Of a DNA stretch of 64,000 nucleotides, positions 51,480-64,000 are shown in pieces. Source of the DNA: Eledone cirrhosa (taxonomy: Eukaryota); NCBI GenBank assembly GCA_964016885.1, contig OZ024741.1, forward strand, positions 146,878,001-146,942,000. Reading direction: 5' to 3'. The stretch's first letter is position 1; each line of letters opens with the position of its first letter. Under the pieces are notes generated by a model. The model was not told the DNA's origin, made no database searches, and saw only the letters and a list, made by a program, of their open reading frames with translations. The position numbers and the translations under genes are program-made.

Positions 51480-51900
51480 ACAAAGTTTCAAACAACCTTG
51501 TGCACCTGCTTGACCAGCACTGTCTGGCATATTCCCCCACCACCTCACAGCCCTATTACAGTGCCTAGCTAAATTATGTATCCTCACTGTCAACTGTTAC
51601 TTAGCTGTACAGCAACAACCTATGCATGGGTGTTTCCCTGAGGCTTGGCTCCCAGATCTCTAAGCAACTCAAATGCTGCTGTGGATCCACTGTGAACTTC
51701 ATATGGAATGCAACAAGTGATACTTTCTCCAGTGGCAACCCAGCTCATTTAGCTACAGACCCAGGTCTCATTGCCTGACAAGCTGAAGGATAATGCTTTT
51801 TTTAATTCTATCCACTGGGACCTGAGAGCATTCTAAAAAGGTTCTTGCACTTTTGACACAACTGAAGAGTCTTCTAGGCCCCGGCCAATGGTGTATGGAA
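51480..51900 (+). mobile_element. CRE-like retrotransposon endonuclease remnant
   Basis: IWNATSDTFS..ATDPGLIA*QAE resembles the WDAT..DT..A..AE block also seen at 63570-63660. Confidence 0.45.
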
Positions 51901-53038
51901 GGGGTGCTCATATATGTGTCAGGAGTTGAAGGGAGTGGATGTAGTGATGGTAAAAATAACTAAGAGGTGGTGATGGTGGTGGTTGATATCGCATAAAGAC
52001 CTGGTAGTGTCTACATATATAATTTCATATAGGTAAGTCAGTGTCTCTCTTGATATTGTGTCTGTATATCTTTATATAGAAATATAATATATAAAAAATA
52101 TATGTCAAAACAAAACAAACTGGTAGGTGTTTTCTTTTTACCTCAAACAAGTTTTTCCTTGCATAAATACCAGGAAGAGCTAAGTAAGGATGGATGGGTG
52201 TCCAGCTAGGATCTCTGGTAAATTTATTTGAAGAGTGTGTAGTGGCTATCATTACTCAATAACAGATTAACAGAACAGGGTGAGGATAGATGCAAGAGAA
52301 AGGATATTAGTAGGGACAGGAGATGGCGGGTACTGATGTTGATGAGTGAGAAAAGAGAGAAAAAAATTTAACCCATTCCTTACCAAATTTCTAATACAAG
52401 ACGCTACTTATATATTTCAAATCATTTCAAAAATAATGAAGAATTTGGAAATACTTAGCAATATAACTAACTCGCTCATTATTAAGCTAGCTTTGGGAAC
52501 ATAACAAGGTTCTTACATAAAATTATGGTGGAAGGTCTTTAGTTAAATATAAACAATTTGAAATAAACAAGTTTGTGTCATAAAACCAGGGATGCCTTCA
52601 GGTGGTTTGATGTTACAAGTGTTAGATAAATAAAATATAAAGCAGAAAATAAGATGGAGGAAGGGAGTAGGTGAAGAAGAAAGAAGGCAGGGTAGAACAG
52701 AAAGTGAGAGACAAACTGAGGAAAATATAGAATAATCAGTCCGTCTATATTGTATATTGTAGTTGCTAGTGTTTCTCTATAGTGTATATAGTTTAATATA
52801 GAACAGCCAGCTTCCCTGTCTCTCTCGTTTGTAGTTTAAATTAGAACAGTCAGTGTGGTGTAGGTCAGAACTAATATTGCTAAAATTTTCTTATCTGTTT
52901 ATCAACTGTAGTCTTTCTTATAATGGAAGTTTTAGCATTGTGATGGTTATTCACTTCTAACAGCAACAACAACAACAAATAAACATCCTATCCTGACAGC
53001 AATAGCAAATGGTTATAAAATAAGGTAATATAAAAAGT

Positions 53039-53487
53039 TTAACTCCTCTGTTACCATATTTCTAATGAAATACACACTATTTGGATTAATTATTGAAGAA
53101 TTTGGAGGAATTTACTAAAGTTGTTAATTATATATTTCCTTATTAAGGTAGAATTTGTAACATGTTAACAAAGGTAAAATTGTGTTGGTAGGTTTTGATT
53201 TAAATAGAAACTTTTTACTCTTAACACTCTATAATAATTTAGTGAAAACACATGTTAATCCAAATGTTTTAGTATCTATACTAGTGGAGTGATCCTTGTA
53301 AGTATCTGCAGTGTTAGAGTAAAAACTTTAATTTTTAAAGTGAAGCAGACATAATGCTTGTTGGTACTTTTTATGAATGTCTTGCTAGTATGGTTTCATG
53401 TGATGCAAGATATTAAGAGTTAAATGGATGATTTTTATAACATAGAACCAGAGGCAGTTTTGAGTGGGATGGTATCAGAGTAGTTAA
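53039..53487 (-). mobile_element. MITE family A with nested family C copy (53214-53423)
   Basis: Outer TTAA ends; the inner element ends in taagagttaa. Confidence 0.7.
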
Positions 53488-53905
53488 AAAAGTTAGTGCC
53501 TACATTCTGACGACTTACTGATCTTTAGTTTAGTAAAGTTACTGTCAAACAACAAGACAAAGAGCAAAATATAATCTCATTAGTGTAGCATTTTCAGAGA
53601 AGATGGTGTGATGGATCAGGTTGCCGATGAGCAACAAAACTTTTTTATACTTCTTAGTGGACAGTACTTTTAAGAAATATAAAAAAGTTAATATAACAGT
53701 CTTTGTTTTGTTGTTCTTAAATAACTAAACTGACCCTTGCATTGTGTAATAGTTCTAGTTTCAATACGACTTGCCATACAAGTACAACCCTGAAATTGTT
53801 ATCTGCTTTTTCTTATTACCTTGCTATTGATTAACTCTTAACAACCTCTAATGATTTAGCACAAAATATCTAAAATAGATTTCTTAATTCAAGTATTTAT
53901 AGTAT

Positions 53906-54455
53906 TGTAGCAAGCAATAGTGCTACTTTATTGCAGTGGAGTAATTTGGCTGTGCTTGGTCAGTCGCCAGCACTTAGGGTTGATGGCGTAAGAATTCTAA
54001 TAACAACTTCTACCCAGCAGTCAATTTCGTGCTTAATTATCAATTCTCCCGCAATTACGTTTGGCATCTTCTACTGAGCAGTACTGCATAACTCGCTTCC
54101 TGATTTTCTTGATCTTGCCCTCTAAAGCCGAGGGTAATCTTGATATATAACTCTGCGGAGAATTACATTTATCGTTCAACTTGATTATGCGATATGTTTG
54201 CAGCTCTTCACTCGCCTTGTACTTGTATTAAATTGAAGAAGAAAATAAATCTTTATTATGTTTTGAAATATGCCTTCTAATCTTTTCTGCTACCATGGAA
54301 TATGAACATCATTATTGCATCTCTGTTTTTCTGAAGTAGTAATCGCTACTAACATATCAGTCCAACATCGAATTGCTACTTTTATTAATTGTACCGTTGT
54401 GAATCTCTCTTGAACACCTTTCTGCTACCATTACAACAAAAGTACTTATTACTAA
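53906..54455 (+). mobile_element. Probable solo LTR inserted in a family C MITE
   Basis: 550-bp insert flanked by a duplicated AGTAT; starts TGTAGCAA and ends TTACTAA (CA eroded); TATATAA ~54144, AATAAA ~54244. Confidence 0.6.
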
Positions 54456-54689
54456 AGTATATTTACTAGTAGATATATTGTGAAAATTTGCAGTATTAGA
54501 ACAATGACTTTGATTTTTAATGTGATGCAGACATCATGCTGTTTCATACTTTTTTTAGAATGGTTTGCTAATGTAATTTCATGCAGTACAGGATGTTAAG
54601 AGTTAAACAGATAGCCAGGAAGTTTTTATATGGTCACTTAACAGATTAAAAATAGCAGTCAAAGGTCCTCTAATTCACACCTTAACATC

Positions 54690-54954
54690 TTAACTTTTTT
54701 GGCACCAAATAGCATGAAACCACCCATGATTCTATTGTATTAAGTTGTTTATTTCAAAATGTTTATATTTATCTAAAACCTTTCCATCACAATTTTATGT
54801 GAGAACATTTGAGACGTTATGTTCCAAACACTTACCTAATAATAAAAAAAAGTTAGATATTTTATCAAATTACTCTAATTCTTTTATGATTTCAAAATGA
54901 TTTAAAAATCATAAGTAGTGTTTTTCTTTAGAAGTATAGTAATGAAAGGGTTAA
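54690..54954 (+). mobile_element. MITE family A
   Basis: ttaactttttt...aaagggttaa. Confidence 0.75.
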
Positions 54955-55784
54955 ATAAGAAATGAACTCATTAGATGGGCCTTAATTCTACTATGATGGG
55001 ATAATTAAAGTTGAAATGCCTTTGACCATCGTTCTGCTCACAGGGTTAAGCAATAGCAACAAAAACAAATAAAAAGACCAGTAGGTAGATACCAGCTAAG
55101 ATATTGAGGCTAAATGAGAGAATTCTTCACATCGACATGAAAAATTGTCTATGTCAGAGTATAACATTAACTTATACTACTGGCTTATATCTATGTGCTA
55201 CTGCTGTTTGCAGAAATAGATTTAGTAGAAGTGAAATACTATTGTACACATTTTAAAGCAATTAACTCCTTCAACAGACGTTAAATGTATCAATAGAAGC
55301 TATTTATTGATTTAGTATCCCCTTGTATCTTTAATGCAATATAAAATGTTAACATTTTATATTACTTTAACCTTTAAATACCAAATGGCCTGAAATTGCC
55401 CTAGGTTTTTCCAGGCAGTATCTTTAATGAAATACAATTTATTTTGATTTATTAATAAAGAATTTGAAAGGATTTCCTAAAGTTATTAAATGGTTTATTA
55501 ATAGGGTTGTGTCTATAACAAATAATTTTCATGTTTGAAGGTTAATTTAAATAGGAGCCCTTTTAAATAGGTAGTTTTGTTTCACACCTTCCCTGTCCAA
55601 CATTCTTGGCTCACCTTTCCCATCCAACCCAGACCAATATTAAGAGCCAAGCACACCCAATTGCTTCCAGGTTACTCCCATGACATGTCACTTCCTCTCC
55701 CCATCACCATTGATAAGTAGCATAAAAGCTTAACTCCTTTCATTTATACACCCCTCCCCACTCACATCAATGCCACTTCAACTT

Positions 55785-56185
55785 GACAAAGAGCACACTG
55801 AGTACCCTGGTGTTGTAATGCGGTAGTGCTTATGCCATGATAAAATGCACCCAACCCAATTTGTGAAGTGGTAGGTGCCACAATAAAAAGTACCTAGTCC
55901 ATCCTGTAAGGTGATAATGCCATTTCCCTATTAAAATGTACCCAGTCCATCCTGTAAGGTGGTAGTGCTGGTGCCATGACAAAAAAATCCCCAATCCATC
56001 TTGTAAGGTTGTAATGGCTGGAGTTACAACAAAAACTCCCAGTGCATGCTGTAAAGTGACTGGTACTAGGAAGGACATCAAGCTGTATTGTCCAAGCCAA
56101 AACGTGGAGCTTATTAACAAAATGTGGTCATCTGACCTGTCTGCTCTCATAATGGGACAGGCCTCTCAACCATGCAATCATGGAA
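55785..56185 (+). mobile_element. RTE 3' UTR fragment with expanded ~38-bp repeat
   Basis: Repeated aaaatgtacccagtccatcctgtaaggtggtagtg, then aggaaggacatcaagctgta. Confidence 0.7.
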
Positions 56186-56372
56186 AATATATATATTACT
56201 AAATCACTACAAATTCTCAAATATTTTCAAAATTTCAAATTTATAGACAGTGTATTTCATTAGAAATATGGTAACAAAATGGTTTAGTACCTAAATATTC
56301 TGATACAGATATCATGAGGCTGGGTTACGTTCTCATACAACTGCCACATTAAATCCATACCAATAACTGATT

Positions 56373-57026
56373 TTAACTCTTTCAGTTCCAAAGAACCTGA
56401 AGCTGCCTCTATTTCTGCAATACAAAACTTCATTATAAAGAGTCTATATTTATGTAAAATCCTTTGGTTGAAATTTTATATAAGAACCTTTATGTCCCAA
56501 ACACCAGCATAGTAATGAGGAAGTTAGTTATACTACTAAATCCTTTCAAATTCATAATTATTTTCAAAATGACTTGAAAACCATAGGTAGTGTCTTTTAT
56601 TAAAAATAAAGTAAAGGAAGGGTTAACTGCTTTATTTTTCCATTTCATTTTATAGTATCTCTGATTTACATTGGTGCTAAGATTCCATTGGTGCTAATAT
56701 TCTGAACGAATATTAACTTAAACAATGACTGGGTTATCATGATTTGAACACCTTTGATTGCTCAATTAGGGCTGACAGGGGGGGTTTAAGCTTTTTGGTA
56801 CCAAACAACCCAAAACTGCCTTTATTTTCCATAAAACAAAACCATCCATAAAATAAAACCATTATAGGATTCCTACTTAAATTATAATCTTCCAACCTAA
56901 TTTTATATAAGAACATTTTGTTATTTTACGAATACAATCTTAATGAAATCATAATTTTAATAAATTCTTCATACATTGATTAACATACAAAGTATTTCAT
57001 TAGAAATATAGTAATAAAAGGGTTAA
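56373..57026 (+). mobile_element. Two MITE family A copies (56373-56626, 56787-57026)
   Basis: TTAA..agggttaa ends and shared body. Confidence 0.7.
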
Positions 57027-57089
57027 ATTTTTCTTTTGTATGTAGATTTGTTTCCTATCTTATTATTTATTCATTTATTTTTGTTCCAG

Positions 57090-57236
57090 ACACTTTTACC
57101 AGACAGGTGTTGGAGAGCGAGGAAATTGACAATCAGCAATAAGGATCCCCCATCCCACAAGAGTGGCTGATGTAGCAAGTACCAGTGGCTGTTCTCTGCA
57201 GCAATACTTTTGCTATCTTGTCTGCACAGTGCAGCT
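57090..57236 (+). mobile_element. CRE-like C-terminal remnant
   Basis: EWLM*QVPVAVLCSNTFAIL matches EWLLQWVSLAIVCRNAFAIF at 63811-63870. Confidence 0.55.
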
Positions 57237-60044
57237 AAGATACATCGCTTTTTCTCCTGTTTATTATCTGAAATATTTATGTAAATAAAAGTTTTTCTTC
57301 TTCACCGCATCCCCCCCCCCCCCCCCCCCAAAAAAAAAAATCATTGTGAGGTTTAGTCAATATGCCTTATGGTTGCTTACATACATGCTATTAAAATTAC
57401 TTAAATATCATTTTATATATTTGTGTTATACTTCATTGCGTCAGTATGAAAGATTTCAGTTCTTTAACTGATAAATCTATTATTATGCCTAAATAATTTT
57501 TGGCAGCATTTGTTCAGATTTCACATTAAAACAAAAAATAAAATCCTGATATATATATTTAATGTTATACACTGCAAGTTCTATTAATGGCCCATATTTC
57601 TGTGAGTGCAATTCTAGACAAGCAATGATACATAGACATATGTGGAAATGTATGTTTATTTCTTAGTGAATAAACAGAGTCATGCAAGATATAAGACTTT
57701 TCTGACAGCAAAATAAGTACTTTATAGAAGACAAAAAATTATGTAGGGTCGATGGTTTCAAAATTATCTTTGGGTCCTTGAACAGAGACAAGAAAATAAC
57801 TCATAATGACATTAAATACATTCTGGCTTTCAGATTGTACAAAGATCTTGTGGTATATTTATTTTATTGCATGGTTAAAAATCTACACACACACACACAC
57901 ACACATGCACACATATACATATATATATAAATTAACTCATGCCAGCATGGAAAAACAGATGTAAAATGATAATGGTGTATGTGTGTGTATATAGGTAGAG
58001 GTATATATATATATAAGGCCATGAAAAGGCTCATGAGCACTGTCCATCATCCTCTGACAATGATAATATCATAAACACCATTTTATGTCTAATCTTTTAT
58101 GCTGGCATTGGGTTGGACAGATCATTACAGACCAAGCCAATGCTTTATCAGAGATAATGACATTCTAGATGGGTCAAGTGATCACATTTTGCTTAAATAC
58201 ATTCCTTTCTATGCATGGTTTCTAACTGGATACCTTCCCCAACACCAACCACATCACAGAGAATACTAAGTGCATTTTATTAAACGACTAAGAACATTTT
58301 GTCTCAGAACATAAATGTTGTGATAGTTTCTGACACTATCCATTGGCAGTTTTCCTTTTTATAAAGTTGTATATTAAACTTAAACACTTATTCATCAAAG
58401 CTACAGCTTTACCCCCTACCATGCTTCATTTACATCTTAAAGTTTCACCTTTTACTAATTGCTGGAATGGACCGTCAATTTTAATGGTGAGTGTTTCACT
58501 TGTTTGATCAACTGAATATCCTGCTCATGAAATTAACATGCACAAGGCCGAACATTCCACAGGCATGTGTAACTTTAAAGTAATTCTCTCGAGGATTCAG
58601 CATGATACAGTGTTTGACAAGGCTAGCCCTTTAAATCACAGGTACAGTCCATCTAATAGGCTTCCATACAGCTGTGTCTATCCAATTTTGCTCACAAGGC
58701 ATAGATCAACTTGAACCTATGGTAGATGCCACACAGTGGGGTTGAATCAGGAACCTAAAAATTGCGAAGTGAAATTTTTAACCATTAGGCCATGCTGTGT
58801 CCAAATCTTATTACTATAAAGAACAAGCATAATAAAAAGCGTTAGACTTTTGCAGGAGCTAAGTTATTTCCTGTGAAATAATTCCCTATTACTCACATCT
58901 TTACTTTTTATCTAGATCCAGATCAGTCTGATCATGTAGTTCTATAATTAAAGCATTTGCAGCTACAATCATGCATCTTTTTATCAAATATAGTCAGGGC
59001 CAGGTTAAGTCTTTTTGAGGCCCTAACCACTTGAAGGATTAGTGTGCCACCATATATAAAGTTTACAAGAAAGATTTTTCTGAGAACGTCAAATACAATT
59101 AATCCTTTTGGTACAAAACAGCCTGAAATTGCCCTAGTTTTGTGACACAAACAGCCCCATAAAAAATATTCATATTTATATTAAAAACTTACATCAAAAT
59201 TATTTTAAAGAAAATGTGTTAATATTCTAAAGATCAATTTAATAATGAAAAGGTTAATTATTCTATTAAATTCCTCTTAATTTTTTATGATTTCCAAAAT
59301 TAATTGAAACACCTAGGTAGTGTATTTCATTAGAAAATAATTTGAGGTTAATTTAAATAAAAATGTGTCCCTCTTCCCTAATACTGAAATGGGCTTATTT
59401 TAGATATTAGTTAATCCAGTTCTGGACATAATGTTTCTTGGGCTACATTGTTTAATATATCCTATCTCGTAAGATGGTAGCATGTAATATGGAAAAGTCA
59501 AGATGGTGATAATGATAAAAACTTTAAAACAAAGTTTTGTAAGAAAAAACCAGGAGCAATTTTGGGTGGTTCAGTATCAAAAGATTAAGAAAGAGCCCCA
59601 CCATGACCGTAGTCTAATGACTGAAATCAGTAAAATAATATAAGAATAAATGAATGTAAAATAAAATCTTTTTACCATATTAGTATCCTGTTGTGGGGAT
59701 TAAATTGAGAAGATTTAATTCCTCAAAGTATATTTAGTTCAGTAAATATGCTTTAAGATATTAGATTCCCTTTTTATGGAATCTCCAAGCTGAAATAGCA
59801 ATCTTGAAACCTAAATTGCACCATTAAAAAGTAATCTTTAATATCATGTTTTCTTTCATAATGGGGGAAAACCTCAAAAAGATTCTTCCTAGCACAATGT
59901 ACAGAATACTCAAGTGAACAGAAAGATAGTAAGCATTTAATTTTAGATTTATAAAGGAAAAAACAAACATGAAAACATGAATATTTTGACATATATAAGG
60001 CTGCCACCAAAGTGATACCCAAAATAAAATAGATTAAAATGTAA

Positions 60045-60149
60045 AATAGACAGACAGAGAGGCAGGCAAACAGATGGATGGACAGAAGGATAGATATATA
60101 GATATAGAAACAAACAATTAGACAGATATATAAATAGACAGACAGAAAC

Positions 60150-60186
<37 letters not shown>
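60045..60186. repeat. (GATA/GACA)n tract
   Basis: Directly visible. Confidence 0.9.
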
Positions 60187-63100
60187 TCTTTCTTTATTTG
60201 CCACAGGGGCGTACACAAATGGAACATTACAAGACATGACGGCGGGGATTTTACATAAAATCTTTAACAATGATAAATAAGAATAAACTATATAAAAATA
60301 AAACAATTGAAATCCCCATTATGGGGGGGGGGGTAGAACAACCCTCAACACCAGGAACACATTTGTAGGTGTTCCCGTCTTCCCTCTATTTATCTTCCTC
60401 AACCTACAGGTTTATATACAGAGAAGGCCCATTCACCTGGGCCATTTTCGCCACATTCACCCACCTTTCAGAAAATTTACTGGGGTGTAGCACCTCTCTC
60501 TCCACTCTCACCTTCCTTCTGAAGTGGTACTTAAAGAAGGGGATGAGTTGTTGTCCGGAGAGAAAGGTGCTTGCCCTCAGTCCTTTTAACCTCATCCACC
60601 ATAGCCACCAGACAGAAGAAGACCGCCTCTCCTTCATTCTTAAATGAAGGTGGCGGGGTGATCCTCACGATGGACTTGGCTGACAACTGGATGCGTCCCA
60701 CACGTGACAGTAGCTGTTCGACATAATTCCACAGGTTGGTCACCCCTGGGCACTGAACAATTGTGTGCAGAACGGTTTCGATGTTCTGCTCGCATCTTGG
60801 ACAGGTCCTTTTGGCAGGATCTCTGCCAAGGTGTCCATGCCTGTAGATTTTGTCTCGAACTGGTAGAGCCCCTTGGTAGTACTGCCAGACCAGAGACCTC
60901 TGGAAGTTATCCATAGGCTCTGGACGGAAAGTCCTCCCGAACAGATTGGTCAGTTCGTCTTCCTTGATGCCTAGAGTTTCCCTGAGAACGTCGTCGCACT
61001 TATCCTCCACTAATCCCCTATAGAATGTCGAAGTGGAGTCTCCGCTGATTGCCGTTTCTGCTTGGTAGAGGGCTGTGAGCGCCTGAAGGCACTCGAGGTG
61101 CCAGGCGCCCATTTTCGGTCTTCGCTTGACCCAGGACTGCAGCTCTATTAGTGAGACGAGATGTTGAAGAGCTCATCTCACAAACGACAGCAACACCGGT
61201 TCGCTGGTCAGGAACACCTGGAGATGGCGTAGCCTCAGCACGTGTTTGCTCATCATCAGCCACGGCATGCCCAGCCCTCCGTTAGAAGGTTGTTGACAGC
61301 AGATGGATCTCCTCACCAATGGAGCCTGTTTCTTCCAGAGGAATTTTAAGAGTAGGCGTTCCATTTTGGTGAGATATTCGCGGGGACAAGGCACGACTGT
61401 CAAGCGGTAGTAGATAACGGATACTATGTAGGTGTTTGCCACCTCCGCTCAACCAGTTCTTGTCCACCTGGAGGTCTGAACCAAACCAGGCCCCGAGCAA
61501 TTTCACCAGTCCTTCCGTCCAGCGTCCAACGACACTGTCGGAAGGCATGCTTTGCCTCTCCATGTGCCGAGTTGCAAACCGACAGACTTGTTTGGGTTTA
61601 GTCTTGCTCCTGTCAACATGTCGTATTCCTGTAATAGGTTGCCGATTACCGCGATATCCGAGGTTTTCAACACCATTACGGTTATTTCGTCGGCATAGGC
61701 CAACGCTGTTTTCTGCGGTCCTGGTTCAATTGGGATGCCTTGCAACAGCTCTAACTTCCGCAGTAATGGCTCGAGAGTCAGTACATACAGAATGGAGAAG
61801 AGAGGGCACCCCTGACGGATGGAATGCATGATTTTGAACGGCTCAGATAGGTAGCCATTCATCTTGACTGCCGAGCAGATGCTGGTGTGCATGGCAGCGA
61901 TCCAGCCTCTGAAGATGGGTCCGAAGCCAGCTGCCTCGAGAACCGCTTCCAAGCATTGATGGTTGACCCTATCAAATGCCTTAGACTGATCTAAATTTAT
62001 CAGAGCCCCACCAAAGCCAGGTTTACACCCTACCCTCTCTATGATGTATCACATAAGGTGGAGGTTGTCATGTACACGTTTGTGCTTTCCTATCAGGTTC
62101 TCGACAATAAGCGCCAGCCTCGCTGCTAACACCTTGGCCAAAATCTTTATCTCTGTGTTGAGCAGAGTTATGGGCCTGAAATTGCTTAGTTCGTCCCCCT
62201 TGTTCTCATCTTTCCTGATCAGAGTTACTATGCCTCTGCCTACAGAACTGGGAATCCTCCCGTTCTGCTGCCAGTTGCAGTAGACCGCTTTGAGGACGCC
62301 AGAGAACAAGTCTGGCATGCCTATGTAAAACTCATAGGGTAGACTATCTAAATCGGGTGATTTGCGTTTCCCACAGCGGCCTAGGGCATCTTCTAGTTTG
62401 CCCGCTGTGATCGGCCTTTTGCAGCTCTTTGCATCCATGCTTGAGAGTCATGGTATGCCGTCGAGGTAGGAGCTGAAGTCCATCACCTCCCTTGACGTAC
62501 CGCTTTGCCCGAACATTTGTGCAAAATGCTGCTGGAAGACCGTGCACATCTGCTTGGATTCAAGTAGAATGCGTCCATCTTTGTCTTGCAAAGACCGAAT
62601 TATGGATTTGCGTCCATCTTTGTCTTGCAAGGACCGAATTATGGATTTGTTGCCACATTTCGCCTCTGCCACTCAGGCCCAGCTAACAGCTTTGGCTCCC
62701 TCATTTCTTAGAGCACGTGTTCTACTTCTGTTTAGCTTCCTGTATCTGGGTCCCTGTCTATGTGTTCTATCAAGGTTGACTACGCAAGTGACTAATTTGT
62801 GGTCTGAATAGGCAACCATGTGTATTTGTGAACAGCTTAATGTTTCCTTATCATTCTGTCTAATTAAAAATCTATCTAAATACGATCTAGAAGACCCAGT
62901 GCGGTTTCTCCACGTCCACAGTGGTACACTTGGGAAGTCTAGTCGATATCTATCAGCCAGTTGGAATTGGCTGACGAGATTTTTTTTAGGATATTACACC
63001 CTCCTCTATTATCACAAGCTCCTACATAGTCCCAACGTGCATCTAAGATACCATTCAAGTCCCCCACTAACACTAAGGAGCAAGACGTTCCCAGGAACGG

Positions 63101-63354
63101 CTCCAGATGATTGAAGAACTCTGGTCGCGATGTCCCAGTTGGGGCATATACAGCCACCAGTCTGAAAGTTCCACCTTCACTACCATTCATGTCCAGGACC
63201 ACCAAGCTGCCCTCCGGGTCCAAGTGAATCCTTTGTGCTTTGAGATCCAAGTTTTTTCGAAACAGAACAGCAACTCCCCCGCCACCTCCTGGCTGACAGA
63301 GAGATGCGTAGATCTCAACATGGGGGTTAGCTGCTGCTTGTTGTGAATCCTGGA
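60187..63354 (-). mobile_element. Tx1/L1-clade LINE ORF2, 5'-truncated, decayed (copy 2)
   Basis: APE GGVAVLF, VAVYAP, VGDLN; RT KSPDLDSLPYEFY, NFRPITLLN, IRQGCPL, AYADE; CPRC knuckle; 3' end aataaagaaaga then (TATC)n. Confidence 0.92.
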
Positions 63355-63469
63355 CAGATATATAGATAGGCAGATAGATAGACAAACACACAGATAGATA
63401 GAAAAACAGAAAGATAGACAGCTAGACAAATAGATATACAGTTTCATAGCTAGAGAGCTATATAGGTAT

Positions 63470-63950
63470 ACAGAACAACATCTGGAGCCAGCATACCTGA
63501 ACTGTGGAGATGGTAAGCGGCCCAATGAAATTACCCACTTCCCATTCGAAGGAAGTAAGTCCCTCACCTAGAATGCTACATACTGTGACACATCTTCTGC
63601 CTCCAGCTTAGTAGCTTCAGTACAAACCCCAGTACCATAGCCTGCAGTGCAGAGGACAGGGTGACAAGCAAATACCAGGGCTTGTCTAGCTGCTTCCTCT
63701 TTGCACCAGTCACCATCGAGACTTTAGGCATCCTCGAACCCTGTACAGCTGACCTCCTCTATAAGATCAGAATGACACCAGCCTATCTGAGAAAAGAGCC
63801 CCATGGTGGGGAGTGGCTGTTGCAGTGGGTGTCACTGGCCATTGTCTGCAGAAATGCCTTTGCCATTTTTGGAGTAGAGTCTATAACCCTCTCCTTCTTT
63901 CTTTCATTGCCTAATAATCCTTGCTCTTTCCCTCCTTTTCCTCTCATTCG
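63470..63950 (+). mobile_element. CRE-like non-LTR retrotransposon 3' remnant (restriction-like endonuclease)
   Basis: EPAYL..DGKRPNEIT..*NATYCDT..SKYQGL..FAPVTIETLG..WLLQWVSLAIVCRNAFAI, resembling the CRE-type RPDG/WD/KY/ETLG/QRGNA pattern. Confidence 0.7.
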
Positions 63951-64000
63951 ATAAATAGACTGACAGCTAGATAGATAGTTAGGTAGATACATACACATAT

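Noticed and set aside
57090-57270. GC-richer block with acceptor-like sites on both strands
   Set aside because: Stops in all plus frames; explained as a CRE-like remnant

Overview
AT-rich, repeat-dense eukaryotic DNA, not prokaryotic. The SINE and LINE content and the (TA)n/(GATA)n/(ATC)n tracts point to a coleoid cephalopod, probably Octopus (inference). No host protein-coding exon could be supported; almost all short ORFs in the track are transposon remnants or microsatellite noise. Positions 1-7.7 kb hold a head-to-tail array of three R4/Dong-clade non-LTR retrotransposons (RT plus restriction-like endonuclease) with trinucleotide tails. One of them has an uninterrupted 1130-aa ORF. The rest contains four decayed RTE LINEs with a PHD-type finger inside the RT, two Tx1/L1-clade LINEs abutting (GATA)n, three CRE-like remnants and a CR1-like remnant. 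There are also several SINE families, TTAA-flanked piggyBac-like MITEs (some nested), hAT MITEs and a probable solo LTR. The best non-TE signals are a minus-strand recursive-splice-like site (pyrimidine tract, CAG|GTAAGT) at 24519 with a 97-nt stop-containing exon, and a CpG-rich ETS/NRF1/YY1 promoter-like cluster at about 41.9 kb. A nearly intact type I hammerhead fold sits between two (TA)n tracts at 25443-25495. Boundaries of decayed repeats are approximate and were read by eye.
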